Shown: piece after piece, positions 31,595 to 46,197 of the stretch
Position numbering within the stretch: the stretch's first letter is position 1
Layout: each line of letters begins with the position of its first letter
Notes under the pieces: model-generated
Databases searched by the model: none
What the model saw: the letters and a program-made list of their open reading frames with translations, nothing else
Told to the model about the DNA's origin: nothing
Translations under genes and position numbers: made by a program
Origin: Salpingoeca rosetta
Taxonomy: Eukaryota; Protista; Choanoflagellata
Assembly: GCA_033442325.1 (NCBI GenBank)
Contig: JAWQFM010000015.1
Coordinates: 382,590 to 446,589 of the forward strand
Length of the DNA: 64,000 nucleotides
Reading direction: 5' to 3'

Positions 31595-31803
31595 TATGGT
31601 CGTGTGCACTGCGTCACCTCATCATCATCGTCATCGTCATCCGCGCGGTTTGATGAATGCCGCCACGCCAGCCGGAGGCGGTTGCGCTGCTGTGCGAGCG
31701 CGGGGCGAATGTTGAAGCGGAGAAAACCCACGGTGGCCGTCCCATCCACATTGCCGCAGACTCCAACCAGACCGCTGTCGCCCGTGTCCTCATCCAGGTG
31801 AGG

Positions 31804-31854
<51 letters not shown>

Positions 31855-31901
31855 TGCGTGTGTGTGTGTGTGTGTGTGACAGAGAGTGAGAGTGAGAGCG
31901 A

Positions 31902-31982
<81 letters not shown>

Positions 31983-32313
31983 GCTGTCGGCACCGCTGCA
32001 CTTCTCTCTGCCTTTCCTGTGTCTTCTGTCGTCATCTCTATCTCTCTCTCTCTCGGTTCCTTTCTCACTCTTTCTCTTGATCACCACCGCCACTGCCACT
32101 GGTCCGTGCCACTGCGATCATCATTATCAGACGTGCGGTGCGGATGTGAATGCGCTGCTGCTTGGCGACACCACACCCCTCTATCTCGCTGCACAGAAGG
32201 GATTCACCCGCATGGTCGAGGTGGGCGCACGTATGCACGCGTTCATGTGTGAATTTGTGTGTGTGTGTGTGCATGTGTGTGTGTGTGTGCATGTGTGTGT
32301 GTGTGCATGAGTG

Positions 32314-32347
<34 letters not shown>

Positions 32348-35121
32348 GCGGTCGTGTTTGACGTGAACTGACATGCACTTCACTCTCATCCGCTTGGTGC
32401 CATCAGGTGCTGCTTGAATCAGAGGCGGACTCCTCCTTTGAAATGCCGACAGCCGCCGCGAACACGCACGTCGCTCGCGTTTCCTCTGACGTGAGATTCC
32501 CTTCTGTGGCGTGACGTCTGCTCTGGGCAGTTTTCACTCGTTCTTCATTGATACCACAACCACCACGACCACCAACCCCCCACCATGACTACCAACCCCC
32601 ACCACGACTACCACGACTACCATGACAACCATCACCACTCATCCATTCATCCATCATCACCGCCACCATCATCATCCCCATGTCGCCACTCAGGGTGCCG
32701 GGTCGCGTGTACCGACCGCTGTTGGCGCGACAGATGACGAGACGGAGATGTTTCAGTGGGCGAGCCAGTTCAATCAGCCCGCCGCAGGTACACATGCACG
32801 AGGTTGAGGGTCATGCACACACATATGCTTGCACTCATGCACGCACACTTGGGTCTGGTCGTGCTCGTAATCGCACGCACCCCATGACCACATGATAGCA
32901 TGCATGGCATTGCCGTCATTGGCGTCCAAACGTTGAATGACCTCCACTGCTTGCGCTCGTGCTCATGCATGTGTGTGTGCGTGTGTGTGCATATGTGTAT
33001 GTGTGTATGTGCGTGTGTGCGTGTGTGTACATATGTGTGTGTGTGATTGATGCGTACACCAGATCCGAGTGCCGCGGGATTTGAACAAGGCAACGGCGCA
33101 ACTGCCCTACACGCTGCTGTCGAGAATGGTCACATCGACGTACGTGCTGAAGCAAGAGGGTAAAGGTGGCGGTATCAAACATGGCTCACTGTCTGTTCAC
33201 ACACACACACACACATTCACACACACATTCACACACACACACACACAACACACCCATCACCCGTAGGTTGTGCGTGCTCTGCTGCGGCGCGGTGTGCCGC
33301 AAACAGACAGCATGCAGGGCGCAACACCACTGTGGACGGCTGTCGACTACAACAGGCCAGCCATCGCCCGCGTGCTCATGCACTACGGAGGCAACCCCGA
33401 CGCGCCTATGAAGCAGACAGGTGACACACCGCTGCACCGCGCGGTCACGCGCGGGCGAATGAACATGGCGCAGGTGCTGCTTGAGGGCGGCGCGAGCGTG
33501 CGCGCGAGGAACAAGCAGGGCGCTTCCCCATTGCACGTTGCGTGCGCGATGGGCAGGAGTGATGCAATCAAGCTATTGCTTGAGCACGGCGCACAGCTCT
33601 CTGATGCAACGGAGGATGGAAGCACGTGTGCACACATTGCGGCACAGTACGGGCACATACACTTCCTTCAAGCGGTACGTGGGTCTGTGATGTGCGTGCG
33701 TATGCGAATGAGTGTGTGCGTGTGTGATGCACGTGAGTGCGATTGCGTTATTTGCATGCTTGTGAAGATGACATGCAGTGCATGGATGTGCGTTGCCATG
33801 ACTGTGCAGTGCTCACGTACATCTGCGAAGTTGTTCCTGCTGCTGCTGTACAATGTGTTGTTCTTGTCGTTTGCCTCACCAACACTGGTTCACTCCTTCC
33901 ACAAACACACCATACCCCACAATGCACCCATCACGTTGTGGCATGACGCCTTCCATCTTCAAGATGCTGGATTCCAATCACGCGTCTGTGGATGGTGTGG
34001 ACGGCGATGGTGAGACACCGCTTCACTTTGCTGCTCGCGGGTCCAACGTTGCAACTGTCAACCTCCTCCTCTCCCGCGGCGCACATGTCAACGCGCAGGT
34101 GATGGTGGCTGTGCGCATGTACGCATGTATGTAATGTGTGTGTGTGTGTCTGCATAACCTGCGACTCGCGTGTGTTGAGCGCTACTAATGTGTTCGTTTC
34201 CTTCTCATCCCTCCATCTTCCTCTTCCTCCGCTTGTTCGCGTTCTTCTTCAACGGTGCAGTCAGCGATGACGGGTCTTACGCCGCTGATGATCGCTGCAC
34301 AGCGCGGACGCACAGCCGTGGTGAGGATGCGCAGTCGACTGCCAAATGCACCTTGAACAAGAGGACACACACACATACACACGCACATGCACGCGTACAC
34401 GCACACACACACACACATACACACATACACGCGCACACGCATACGCACACGCACATTGACAGCCGTATCAACCTGATCATCACCTCCCCTCTCCCCTCTC
34501 TTGCTTTGCGCCAGATGCGAGCACTGCTCGATGGCGGAGCGGATCCGAACACGCGCGCGTCTGCCGCGGGATTCAAATCGACGGCGCTGTATGCGGCTGC
34601 ACAGTCTGGTTCTGTGGCCGCAGTGACAACACTACTTGAGGCAGGGGCAGCTGTCAACGCCCGCATCTCTACAGGTGGTGCCTGTTGCCGCTGCCGTTGC
34701 CGCTGTTGCTGCTGAGGAGGAGGGGTGACTGGTGTTGTTGCTGTTGCTGCTGTTGCTGCTGTTGATGATGGTGACAGGTGCCAAGTCATTGCTTGGCTCC
34801 ATCGTCGCTCGTTGCTCAACTCAAGCACACACACGCACACACACGCACACGCACACACATACACATACACACATACACATGTACACGCTCGCGCATGTCT
34901 CGCTCACATGTGTTACGCATCATGAACTTCGCGTGCAGGTGCCACTGCGCTGTCCACGGCGGCCGAGCGTGGATACCATGATGTGGTGGAAGCGCTCATA
35001 TCCGCTGGTGCCGAAGTCAACTTTGCTGACGTTAACGGGAACACGGCGCTGCTCCTTGCTGCGCAGGGGAAACACACGCGCGTCGCACAGCTCTTGCTGC
35101 AACGAGGTGTGTGTGTGTGTG

Positions 35122-35186
<65 letters not shown>

Positions 35187-35711
35187 GCAGTTGCTACGCA
35201 CCCCTTCCTGCTCCGTCCTGCCAATCGTCACACGGCTCGACCAATGTTTCCACAAACTTCAATTCCAATGCAGGTGCAAAACCAGACCGTGTTAATAAGC
35301 GTGGACAGCATGCACTGGAGATTGCGTACGCAACATCGAACAACAAGCGTATGTCTTCACTCATCGTTCCCATTTCTGAACGCACACTTGCAAGCACGAA
35401 CTTGTCCACATCCACACATACACACGTCCACAATTCCTCATGAACTTCATTATCTCACCGCTTGTTCACGCCACCACCACCACACTGCTGTATCGTCACC
35501 GCTATCTTCACAACGATGACCACCACCATCACCACCACTGCCAGTGCTTGGGCTACTGCTGAAGTCTGGGGCGAATCCTGCGCGCGTGTGTTCGGATGGA
35601 CTGAGCGTCCGGGAGAAGGCGACGCGCGACCGCAACTTTGAGGCGCTGAAATTGATTGGCACACACGAGTACGACCAACCCAGCAGTGCACACGCGAAGG
35701 ACGAGCTGTGA
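30122..35711 (+). CDS. Ankyrin-repeat protein (about 16 repeats) with N-terminal signal peptide and C-terminal KDEL
   Basis: Exon1 [29 protein letters not shown]...DIHQAAAD. After the gap, repeated G.T(A/P)LH.AA..G...V..LL..GA.V units across about 14 exons. Last exon ends [10 protein letters not shown] (TGA 35709-35711). Interrupted by an assembly gap. Confidence 0.85.
31185..31284. other. Assembly gap (100 N)
   Basis: Run of exactly 100 N, typical of a placeholder for a gap of unknown size. Confidence 0.99.
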
Positions 35712-35727
35712 CGGACACGTGTGTGTT

Positions 35728-35763
<36 letters not shown>

Positions 35764-36309
35764 CGTGTGTGTGTGCGTGTGTGCGTGTGTGTGCGTGTGC
35801 GTGTGTGTGTGTGTGTGCGTGTGTGTGTGCGTGTGTGTTTGTGTGTGCACGCAAACACGCGCGTGTGTGTATTGGCGGTGCGACTTTGATGTCTTGTGTT
35901 ACAGCATAGCAAGTTATCACGTGAATAATAGATTGTCTTATTCGATCAAGGAAGTTGTGTTGATTGACGCATTTATGTGACAAATGGGCCCGTTCTGTTG
36001 TTGGACGGATGTGAATGTGAGACGTAGTGATGTGATGGCGTGCGTATTGGGATGAATTGAAAGTGTAATTCACCGCAATAACACGTGACGCTGGGCTTGC
36101 GAACTTGACGAAGAAAGCAGTGTCGGTCTATTTGTGGGGCAGACTTGGGAACAACAGCACAGCCACAACATTGGGGCAGTCAGGCCATGAGGCAAACATC
36201 TACTCACGGTGCAGATAGGCCAACACGTGCACTTGGAGAGACTCCAGACTGACAAGAACAACACGACACAGCAAACGGAAGGCTGGCGCCATCATCACCG
36301 TCACAAACA

Positions 36310-36627
36310 TCATCTACGCCTGTAGCCAGGGCTGCGGCTGCGGCTACGGCGGTACGAACGGCGATCACGGCTCCTGCTCCTGCTGTCCCTGCTGTATTTC
36401 CTCAAATCACGATCACGATCACGATCACGGTCACGGTCACGGTCACGGCTCCTGCTGCGTGTGTATCGGCGGCGACTGACAGGCGACCGGTCCCTGTTGC
36501 TCCCACGACGATCACGATCACGGTCGCGGTCACGGTCACGGTCACGATCACGGTCGCGGTCAGGGGAGCGGCTTCTGCTGCGTGTGTCGCGGCGACGGCG
36601 GCGGTCACGGCTGTACCGGTGCGAACC

Positions 36628-36663
<36 letters not shown>

Positions 36664-39371
36664 TCGGCTTGGGCTGCGGTGGCGTGAGCGGTGGCTGCTG
36701 CCAGACCCGCGTCGTGCCGCCACGCGCGCATCGTCACGATCATCATCATTATCGTCGCCGTGGCGAGTGTCGCGGCGGCGGCTTAGGTGGTGGCGGTCAA
36801 CACTCTTGCTCCGGCTCCTGCTGTGCTCACGACGACCACGGGAGCGATCGCGCGACTGCGACCGAGAACGAGAACGAGAGCGGGAGCGCGTGCGTGTGCG
36901 TGTGTGTGAAGGGGATGGAGAGCGGGTGCGCCGGGAGAGCAGCGGTTTGTCGATCGGTGCTGGTGGCGCTGCAGCCGATACATCCATGGGGCCGAGGTCG
37001 TACTTGGATGCGTCTATTGGTGGGGGAAGGAGGCAATATGTGTTTGATGTGCGTGTGAATGTTGTGTGCGTGTGTGTGAATGCCGTGTGAATGTCGTGTG
37101 AATGTCGTGTGAATGTCGTGTGTGTGTGTGGCCATAGGACAACTCTGGGTACTGTTTCAACGACAACTGGACACGCACGGGACACAGGGCTGTCCTTACA
37201 CAATCTTGCATGCGTGTGCATCTTACCAGCTTCTCCGTCCTCCTCCTCGTCCTTCTTGTCGCCGGCTGCAGCCTCCGTCGACTTTGCAGGCACCTCATCA
37301 ACCAGGTCGGTCAGGTCGTACTTGCTGTCGTCCACATCCTCGTCGTCATCGTCATCCTACCACGGAGACACACACACACACACATACATCCATGAATGAT
37401 TTCGAGGAGATGTGCCGGTACGCACGTGCTTGGCACATCAATGTATGGAGGCAGTACAAGCGGCATGGCAAGAAGAATGCAAAGGCCAAGTCGAGCACAA
37501 TACTTACGTCCATGGCAAGGTCATACTTGCTCGCGTCACCGTCATCATCATCATCGTCATCATCACCATCATCATCATCATCGTCAACCACCGCGGGAAC
37601 CACTGGTTCGGTCTGTGTAATACAGTGTGGGTGTGAATCACACCATGGGGAATTGTGCAAGCAATCAGGCGCCAGGGAGTGGGCCTGCCCAAGGCAGCAC
37701 AAATGCGTAACAGTACAAACCCAAACAGTCATCCAAATAAACATTCAAGCGAGCAACCAGCGAACACGCACACACACACACGCATACACACACACACACA
37801 CGCACACACACATACACATGGACGCACCTGCACAAGGCTGAGCGCGTCCTTCTTGCGGAACTTCTTCTTCTTTCGCCCAAACTCATCGTACATCTCCCCG
37901 TCAGAATCGTAACTGTCAAAAATCAAGTTTGCACAGCGTGTGGCAGTGTGTGCGTGTGCGGATATATGGTGAGCAACAAATGCAGGGTACGCTGTGCTAG
38001 CCTGTCGAGAAACAAGTGCACAATTCCGTTCCAGCACCGAACCGCATGTAAAAGCGATTGCAACCAAACTTGCTCACACACACACACATACACACACACA
38101 CGCACACGCACACGCACACACACGCACACGCACACGCACACGCACACGCACACGCACACACACATACATATACACGTTCACGTGTGCGCACCGGTTGTAC
38201 TCGACGTTGTCGTTTTCCTTAAAGCCTCCGCCACGCCTGTTGATGGTTCACACGACATGACAGACACATGGTGAGACAGCGTCCTGCATGTGTTGTACAG
38301 GCCCGCGATTAAGCATGTACAATGAACAGCTTCTATTGCAATGGGGGAGCAATAGCAGAGATGAGTCCACTGGAATTTCAAGCTGGGGCGTACTGACCCT
38401 TCACGTCGCTCGACTGGCTTGTCACGCGGTGCGTTGCACAAGTTGCACTCCGCACGCCATGACCAGTTGATGTTGGCACACCTGGAACAGACACGCACCC
38501 ATGTGAAGAAAACAAAAAAAGGAGTCAAAACAACGGGTGAGCAGCAACACCAGAATGTGAGCAGCGACGAAGCACATTTGTCGAGAGGCTGGTAGCACAC
38601 CAAAGCTATGAGCGCAATACAGCGAACACAGGCGCGCTCAAACACGCTGCACGCTGCGGTGCAGCAACTCGTACATGGAGCATTGCCAGTCGTTCTTGCT
38701 GTGCAGGCCATTGGTCTTGCGGGCAAAGTCTTCGCCAATTTCCCCGGCTGGCGCGGTTGCACCAGCGGGCTTGTCTGCGAGTGAAGCACAACAAGCGCAC
38801 AGGAACAAGGCAGTGGTGACGTGACGAAAACAAAGGTACACCGACATGTGCGCTCATGTATGCGTATGAATGTGTGCGTATGAATGTGTGCGTATGAATG
38901 TATGCGTATGTACACATCAGTGCCTCTCTCCCGTCTCTTGTATGGTTGCGGCAAGTTGGCAACACAAGAGAACGTACTCGTGCCACAGCGGTTGCACTTC
39001 AAGCGACGAGCAAAGTTAAGGTTTCCACATCTGTCATGAAGGTGGGGGAGGAGGCACACGTGGAACACCACGGGCGCATTCATACACAATAAGGCGCATC
39101 AGTACAACGCAGGGGCGAGTGGGAGATGGACCACAGTGGTGCGTGCGTGCGTGTGACGTGGAGTGCGGTAACACTCACTCATGGTTTGGGCAAATCCAAT
39201 CGCCCGGGTTCTTCGAGCGCCGGCCACGACCTCGACCTACAAAGCGCATGGCATGTGTGTGTGTGTGTGTTGGTGTTAGGGTATTGCGCTGCAAACGCGA
39301 GCTCAAACAGGCAACCAGCCAATTGAGGGAGGGAACGAGCAGTGAGGTGCTGTGCTCCACACACCAAACAT
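36310..39371 (-). CDS. ZRANB2: Zinc finger Ran-binding domain protein 2 (SR-like splicing factor)
   Basis: Two RanBP2 fingers [25 protein letters not shown] and NDWQCSMCANINWSWRAECNLCNAPR. Also GGGFKENDNVEY, YDEFGRKKKKFR, acidic SKYDL motifs and a long RS/RD tail. The start micro-exon MF(G) at 39371 is inferred. Confidence 0.93.
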
Positions 39372-39467
39372 GGTGCGCTGTTGCTTCTTGTTGTTGGCGC
39401 GGTCAAGTTGACGTGTTCTTTGTAGAAAATTGACCAAAACACACACAAACATTCCGTTTCCTGAAGC

Positions 39468-39541
<74 letters not shown>

Positions 39542-39766
39542 ATGCGTGCACGCACTCCTCTTGCCACTCAACACCTCCCTCTTGCCACTCAACACTCTCA
39601 CAGCATTCACAGAGCTGCAGTGGCTTCTTGGGCACGCTAAAGGGTTTACACAGTGGGTGGATATAGACTTAAAGATGACAATGACAAGAAAGAAATAACG
39701 CAAGCGGCCAGCAAGTGAACACGGCCAAGCGAGCATGCTGTCATCAAACGTCTCTGAGCTCTCGCA

Positions 39767-39820
<54 letters not shown>

Positions 39821-40223
39821 TACAAACACACACAAACACAAACACACACGCACACAAACACACACACATACACGCCGTATGTACAGAAACGGCGCAGGTC
39901 CGGTGGAAAGCAGGCGCACAGGGATACGGCTATCATGGATACAGAAGCAATGAACAAAGGTGAGGTGCACACCAACATAAAAAGCCCAACAAGAAAAACC
40001 AGCCAACAAAGCAAGCGGAGAAAGTACAAGGAACAATGAAGCAACAAAACAGCGTTGCTATCCTACATAGTGAGCAATACAAAAAAGGAAAGGGCAAGAG
40101 AAGGGGGGAGGGAAAGGAGGAATGAAGGAAGGCGGGGTTAAAAGGTTCATATCAAGTGCCACACGCACACCACCCAGATGTAACATTCAGCAATTGCACG
40201 AGCTGTTGCTGCTATCTACGCTG

Positions 40224-41269
40224 CTATCTGCGGCTGTGGCGGTGTCGCGGTGACTTTGAGTCGGTGAGCGCAAGCTGTTCTTGGATGCGCTGCATAAAGT
40301 CTGTGATGTCCACCATCAGCGTCGGCTGCGCAAACCCGCGGAAGTACACGGTGTACAAGTGCTGCAGCGTCGTTACAAACGCCTGCATCAGCGTGTGCAC
40401 GAGCACCTTGGTGCGCTTGGCGTGCTTGGCAAACGTCTCCACAATCAGCTTCTTGTTCGCGTCAATCGAGTTGTTGAGAGAGCGAACCTTGTTCACCCAG
40501 AACATGGAGCTCTCCTGAAGCTGCAGCGTCAGATCGTGAACCTTGCGCACCCACTGCTCCCGCTGGTCGCCAGCATCGCTTCCTGCAATCGAGCCATTCA
40601 GCCCACTGCCGCCACCGCCGCCACGGGCTGGGCTCATGGGTGCGCTGGGGACGGTGGGCTTGGTCAGGCGCGGTGGGCGGAACACGTGCTGTGCAAAGGA
40701 TGTGCTGGAGAAGGAGCGACTCAGCTCCTCAAGGTCGTGCAGAAGTTTCCTAAACGCATCGTCATCCTCCCCACTGCCCCGCTGTTGCTGCTGCTGCTGC
40801 GGTGGTGCTTGTTCGCCCTGCACATGTGCAGTGATGTCTGTAGTGGTGGTTGTGTATGTGTGCGAGTGTGTGCGTGTGTGTATGTGTGTATGTGTGTGAG
40901 TGTGTGCGTGTGAGCGTGTGTATGTGTGTGTGCGTGTGAGCGTGTGTATGTGTGTGCAGTGTGTGCAGTGTGTCAGAGAAGCAGCCAGATCGTAAGCGAT
41001 AAGACTGTGCAAAGGCAAGAGAGGACTCAAGCAAGACAAACCATCAGCAGCACGATTGCTTCACCTCCGATGATGGCGGACGCGCCGGTGCCGTGCTTGG
41101 AGAGGCGTTGCAGCAGTGTCTGCAACTTGCCCATCGCGCTCACAAAGTGCACGTTGTGGGCTGTGGATTATTATTATTTTTTTTTGGGTGGGGGGGGGGT
41201 AGTTGTGGTGGTGGGTTACTGTGACGAACAGCGATTATCTACATAGGAGGCGAGCAGCCCACACACGCA

Positions 41270-41320
<51 letters not shown>

Positions 41321-41329
41321 GAGCACGCA

Positions 41330-41364
<35 letters not shown>

Positions 41365-44300
41365 GAGCACGCAGACACACACACACACACAGAGCACGCA
41401 GCGTTGCACCTCGCCCCCTTACTTGGCGTTGGCTCGGCCAGCTCGTCGAGGACAGGGTCGATGGATTCGTTCAATCGCTCCCACGGCGCCTGTACAGACG
41501 ACATGATCGACTCATTGTGGTACGACGCAAGACGCGAGTCGCGCACGCTCGCCAGCTCAGACTGCACCTTGTCCACCTGTGTGATACGTACGTACGTACA
41601 TGTGTGTGTGTGTGTGTGAACAGGAGGTGAGAAGTGATTGGCAGACAATATCCAGCAACCCCTGCCCCAAAGGAGACGGTTGCTAGATTGGCGCATAACC
41701 ATCATAACACGCGCCAGCACCAGCACCATCACCTACCACAACAAGCATCCCTCCATCCACCGTGTTGACTCACCGTGACCTGCAGCTCAGCAATGGTCTG
41801 ATCACGCACTACCACGAGCTGCTCGGCGTCCGCCAGCCGCTGCCGCAAATCCCGATTCGACCGCGACAACAACTGCGAGGGCAATTCGGGGAGGTGGGGG
41901 GGGATGACATGTGTCGATATGAGCATTTGGGGCGAAGAGACACGTGGAGTGTGTGAGCGTATGAAGAGGGAGGGGGTGGCAAGACTCCTCTCACACAGCT
42001 GATCCAGGCGTGCACATGGGTGAACAAGCCAGTATCGAGCCATGCATGTACGCCGCAAGGCAAGGTGGTGAACGCCAACAACAATAGCCGTTCTCACCTG
42101 CACTTCCCCGCCGAGGTCTTTTCTCAACTCCGCAACACGCGTGTCCGCCTCGCCTGTCCGGGGGGGGGGGGACGAAAGACAACGACAACAAACATCATGC
42201 GCATGAATGCACACACACACAAGTGTCAAAACATCAGGATGTACAACGATCAGTTCGACAACCGTGACCAACACCGCTACCACAAACACCACCATCAGCA
42301 CTTTGCGTACGTGAGAGCGAGTCAACTTCCTGCTCGTGCGCTTCTTCGAGTTCGCGCAGCTCCTGGCGCGTCTTCGCCAGCGCAGCATCGCTCGTCTGAA
42401 ACAAGGGCAGGGGAGGGGAGTGGATGGGTTAATGCGTGACGAAGTAGCAGCACAACAACATGTCACACGTGTCCGGTCATGAAAGGACGCGCATTTGGGA
42501 GATGATTGTTTTCCAGCATCACTGTCCAACACACACATAGAGAGAGAGAGAGAGAGACAAACACACACACTCACACGCCCACACACACACACACACATTC
42601 ACACACACTCACACACACACATTCACACACACTCACACCCTCACCCTCGCAACCACCCCCCCCCTCACACACACACACACATACACATACACACATAAGC
42701 ACACACCTTGAGCTTGGCCTGGAGTTCGTCCCTCTCCACGAGCGCCTGATTGAGCTGCGTCTCAATGCCGCTGAGCCGCTGCTTTGCGTCCAACAAGTCC
42801 TTGGCCAGCAAATCGCGGTACGACGGCGTTGGCGAGGATGCATTTTTCTCCAGCTGCGCCATGCGCTCACGCGTCTCCTCGTACAGAGTGGTCAGGCTGC
42901 GGTGCTCCACCATGTGCTGGTCGAGGCTCGCCTTCATGTCGCTGTTGGCGCGCTGCAGCTGCCGCCTGTCTGCCTCAAGCACGTCCACCTTGGCGCGAAG
43001 GTCCTCCACCACCCGCGCGTGGTCGTCCCGCATGCGCGTAATCTCATCGCGTATTCTCTCCTTCTCCTCCTTTGCGCCCTCCAACTCAAGCTCAAACGCC
43101 TTCATCCTGCCCACCTGTCGTGTCGCCTCTCGCAGCTCGCCACGCACGTCCTCCATCTCCGCCTTGTACTCCTCCTCCACGTGTTTCACCTTCGCTTCAA
43201 GGCGCTGCTTCTCGTCCATCGCGCTGTCCTTCTCAGCCGCAAGCCTGTCGATGCGTGCATGCAGCCCTTCAACCTCCTGCGCCAGCGTTGCCCGCGCCTC
43301 CGCTGCGCTGTCTCTTTCCTGTCGCAACTCCACCACAGTCTTCTTCGCCCGCGCCAGCTCCTCCACACGCGTGTCCAGCTGCTGGTGCAGCGCTGTGTTC
43401 TCCTCGTGCAACTTCTCTTCGCTCTGCAGCGTTGCCTCCAGCGCGTCCTGCAAGTGCTGCAGCTGCTTGTCCATCGCCAGTCGCAGCGTCACCAGCGCCT
43501 GCCGCTCAGAAGTCACTGCCTTGAGCTCGCGGCGCGCGCTGAGCAGCGCGTCCATGCGAATGGTGCACGAGTCCTGTTGCCGCTGCACGCCAGGGGGCGG
43601 TGCCGTCTTGGACATTGATGCCATCTTCCCCGCGTTCTCCTCTGCCTCCTCTGCTGTTGCAGCGCCCTCGTCACCACCCCCTTCACCGTCACCGTCGCGC
43701 GTGGCCGTGTTGCGGGCCAGCATGGTGTCTGCCCGCTGCAAGTGCTCCTTCACCCGCTCCGTCAGCACGCCCTGCTCATGATGCAATTCGTTGGCCAGCT
43801 GGTTGTAGTTGTTCTCCCACTGTGTTAGCTCCTCCTTGATGGAGCCTAGCTTGTCCTGGAGCTGCCTCTTGTCCTCGCGCAACTCATCGTTGTTCACACG
43901 CAACGTGTGCAGTTCCTTGCGCAACAGCTCCATCTCCTCAACGTACCAGTGCCGCTCGCCGTCTCTGCCCATCTGCTCCTGCTCCCCATCCTCTCGATGC
44001 TGGCGTGGTTGCGATTGGCGGTCAGAGTCGGCCAACAGCGACGGCTGGTACGACTGCTGCGTGTCCCCGCGAGCACGGGTTCGTGGCTGCGCGTGCAGGT
44101 GCGTGCCATCGACTCCTTGTTGGAAATCGGCGTGATGTCCCTCCTCCTGCGTCGCCACCGCCGCGTGTCTGTGCAACACACGCCCGCGCTCGTGCTCATG
44201 CTGGTGCTGCACATCATCGACATCGCCGTGTGCATGCGCGGGTGCGTCATCTCCGTATATGGCTGCGCGGAACGCGTCGTTGTCGCTGCTGCTGTAGCGT

Positions 44301-44570
44301 GACTCCTGCCTGTGCAGCACTGCTGGGTGACTCCGGCGCGACCGTCGTCGTCGACTCGCACTACCATCACTGCCATCACCATCATCACCAGCAGCAGCTG
44401 CTGCTGTTGTCTTTGCTTGCTGGCGAACAGACGGGTCTCCTTCGCTCTCATCGGACACCGACCACGCGTCCTCTGTTCCGTTGTCTGAGGTGGACAGCAA
44501 TCGCGGGGCGCTGTTGTGCCGCGCCAACGCAGGTGACGACGACGCTGGCCCGCTCACACGACCATGCACG

Positions 44571-44630
<60 letters not shown>

Positions 44631-45243
44631 CGGGATGGGGTGAGTTGTTGCACGCGCATTTCCAGGCGTTTGCACTTTTCATGCTCTTTGTTGAGCTCTG
44701 CCACGAGGAAGCTGACGCGCTGCTGCAGACGCGCCACCGCCTGCTCTCCCTGACGCAACTCTACACGCGCATGACGCAATTCCTTCTCCTGGTCCTCTGC
44801 GCGTCTTGCGTCCCCACGCAAACGCTCCACCTCCGCCTTCAGCTCGCGTGTCGTCCGTTTCCCCTCCTTAAACGCCTCGTTGACCGAGCAGTGTGCGGCA
44901 AACAGGTCATCAAACTGCACCCGTGTGCGCTGTAGAGACATGCGCATGCTGTCAAGCGCCTCCTGTGTCTTGTGCACCTCCCTCGTTCGCACGTCCAGCA
45001 CATGTTGCAGGTCGACGTTCGTCTGCGTCAGACGTGCAAACCGCGCCTCGTACGTGCGCAGCGTGTGCTGAAACTCGTCGAAGCTCTCGCTCAGCTGCGC
45101 AGACTCCTGTTGGTCGGGGAATCGGAGAGGAAAAGGGGAGGCGGGTGGTTAACGTGAACGGGTGAAACAGTGGGTCAAGAGGCAGGAAGGGGGGAAGGTA
45201 GGGGTAAGGTAGAGAAAGAGAAAGGGAAGAGGATCAAATGCAG

Positions 45244-45275
<32 letters not shown>

Positions 45276-46166
45276 CACAAAGCACGGCGCGCATGCGGGT
45301 ACCTGTGCTGGGTGGGCGGTGAGCAGCCCTGAGTAGCGGCGGGTGAGCATGTCCAGATCACGCTGCAGCACCTCGATGTTCGTCTCCCCCATGATGATGG
45401 TGTGGTATTGCCGGTCAAGCGTGCCTGCAAGCATGGGTTGGAGGATGGTGGTGAAGGTGTGTGGGGAGTGAAGATGATGTGTTGTCTTGCGCACCAAACG
45501 AGTGCACGAAGGGTGCATGAAGGGTGCATGAAGGGTGCGTCACGCCAGTCATACCATGACAACAACTGCAACATAGCTCACACTCGCAAACACGAATGGC
45601 TGCATGCACACACACGCACGTCAAACTGCGCGCACAAACACACACACACACAAACAAACAAACACATGCACACATACAAACAAACAAGCACACGCACGCA
45701 CGCACGCACACATACGAAAGAGACACGAAACCTTTGAGTTCGTGGCAGGCCTGCACCAGCTGCTCCGCCTCCTCGGCCTTGTGCTTAAACTGCGCAGTGA
45801 CGTGCTCGAGTGTTGACCGCAACTGCTCATTATCCTCTTGCAGCTCAACCGCCAGCGACTGAGCAGAAACACAGGGGAGTGTGAGAAGAGCAGGGAAGGA
45901 CACGTGTATGAGTGGAAGGAGTGCGAACAGGTCAAAATACGCGTGGGCAATTCAGTGCCTCAGAGATGCAACCACAAGGCACAAACATGAGTACGTACAC
46001 ACACACACACATATGAAGGTACCTCGCACTCTCGCCGCGCGCCGTCTGTGCTGTGCAGTTGTGTTTCCAGCTCTTGCACCCGCTGTGGGTGCGCGACGAA
46101 AGCACAGTGGAAGCAGGCCAGACAGGCACGTGTCAGCACACGCGACGCAGTGTGTGTGTGTATGTG

Positions 46167-46197
<31 letters not shown>

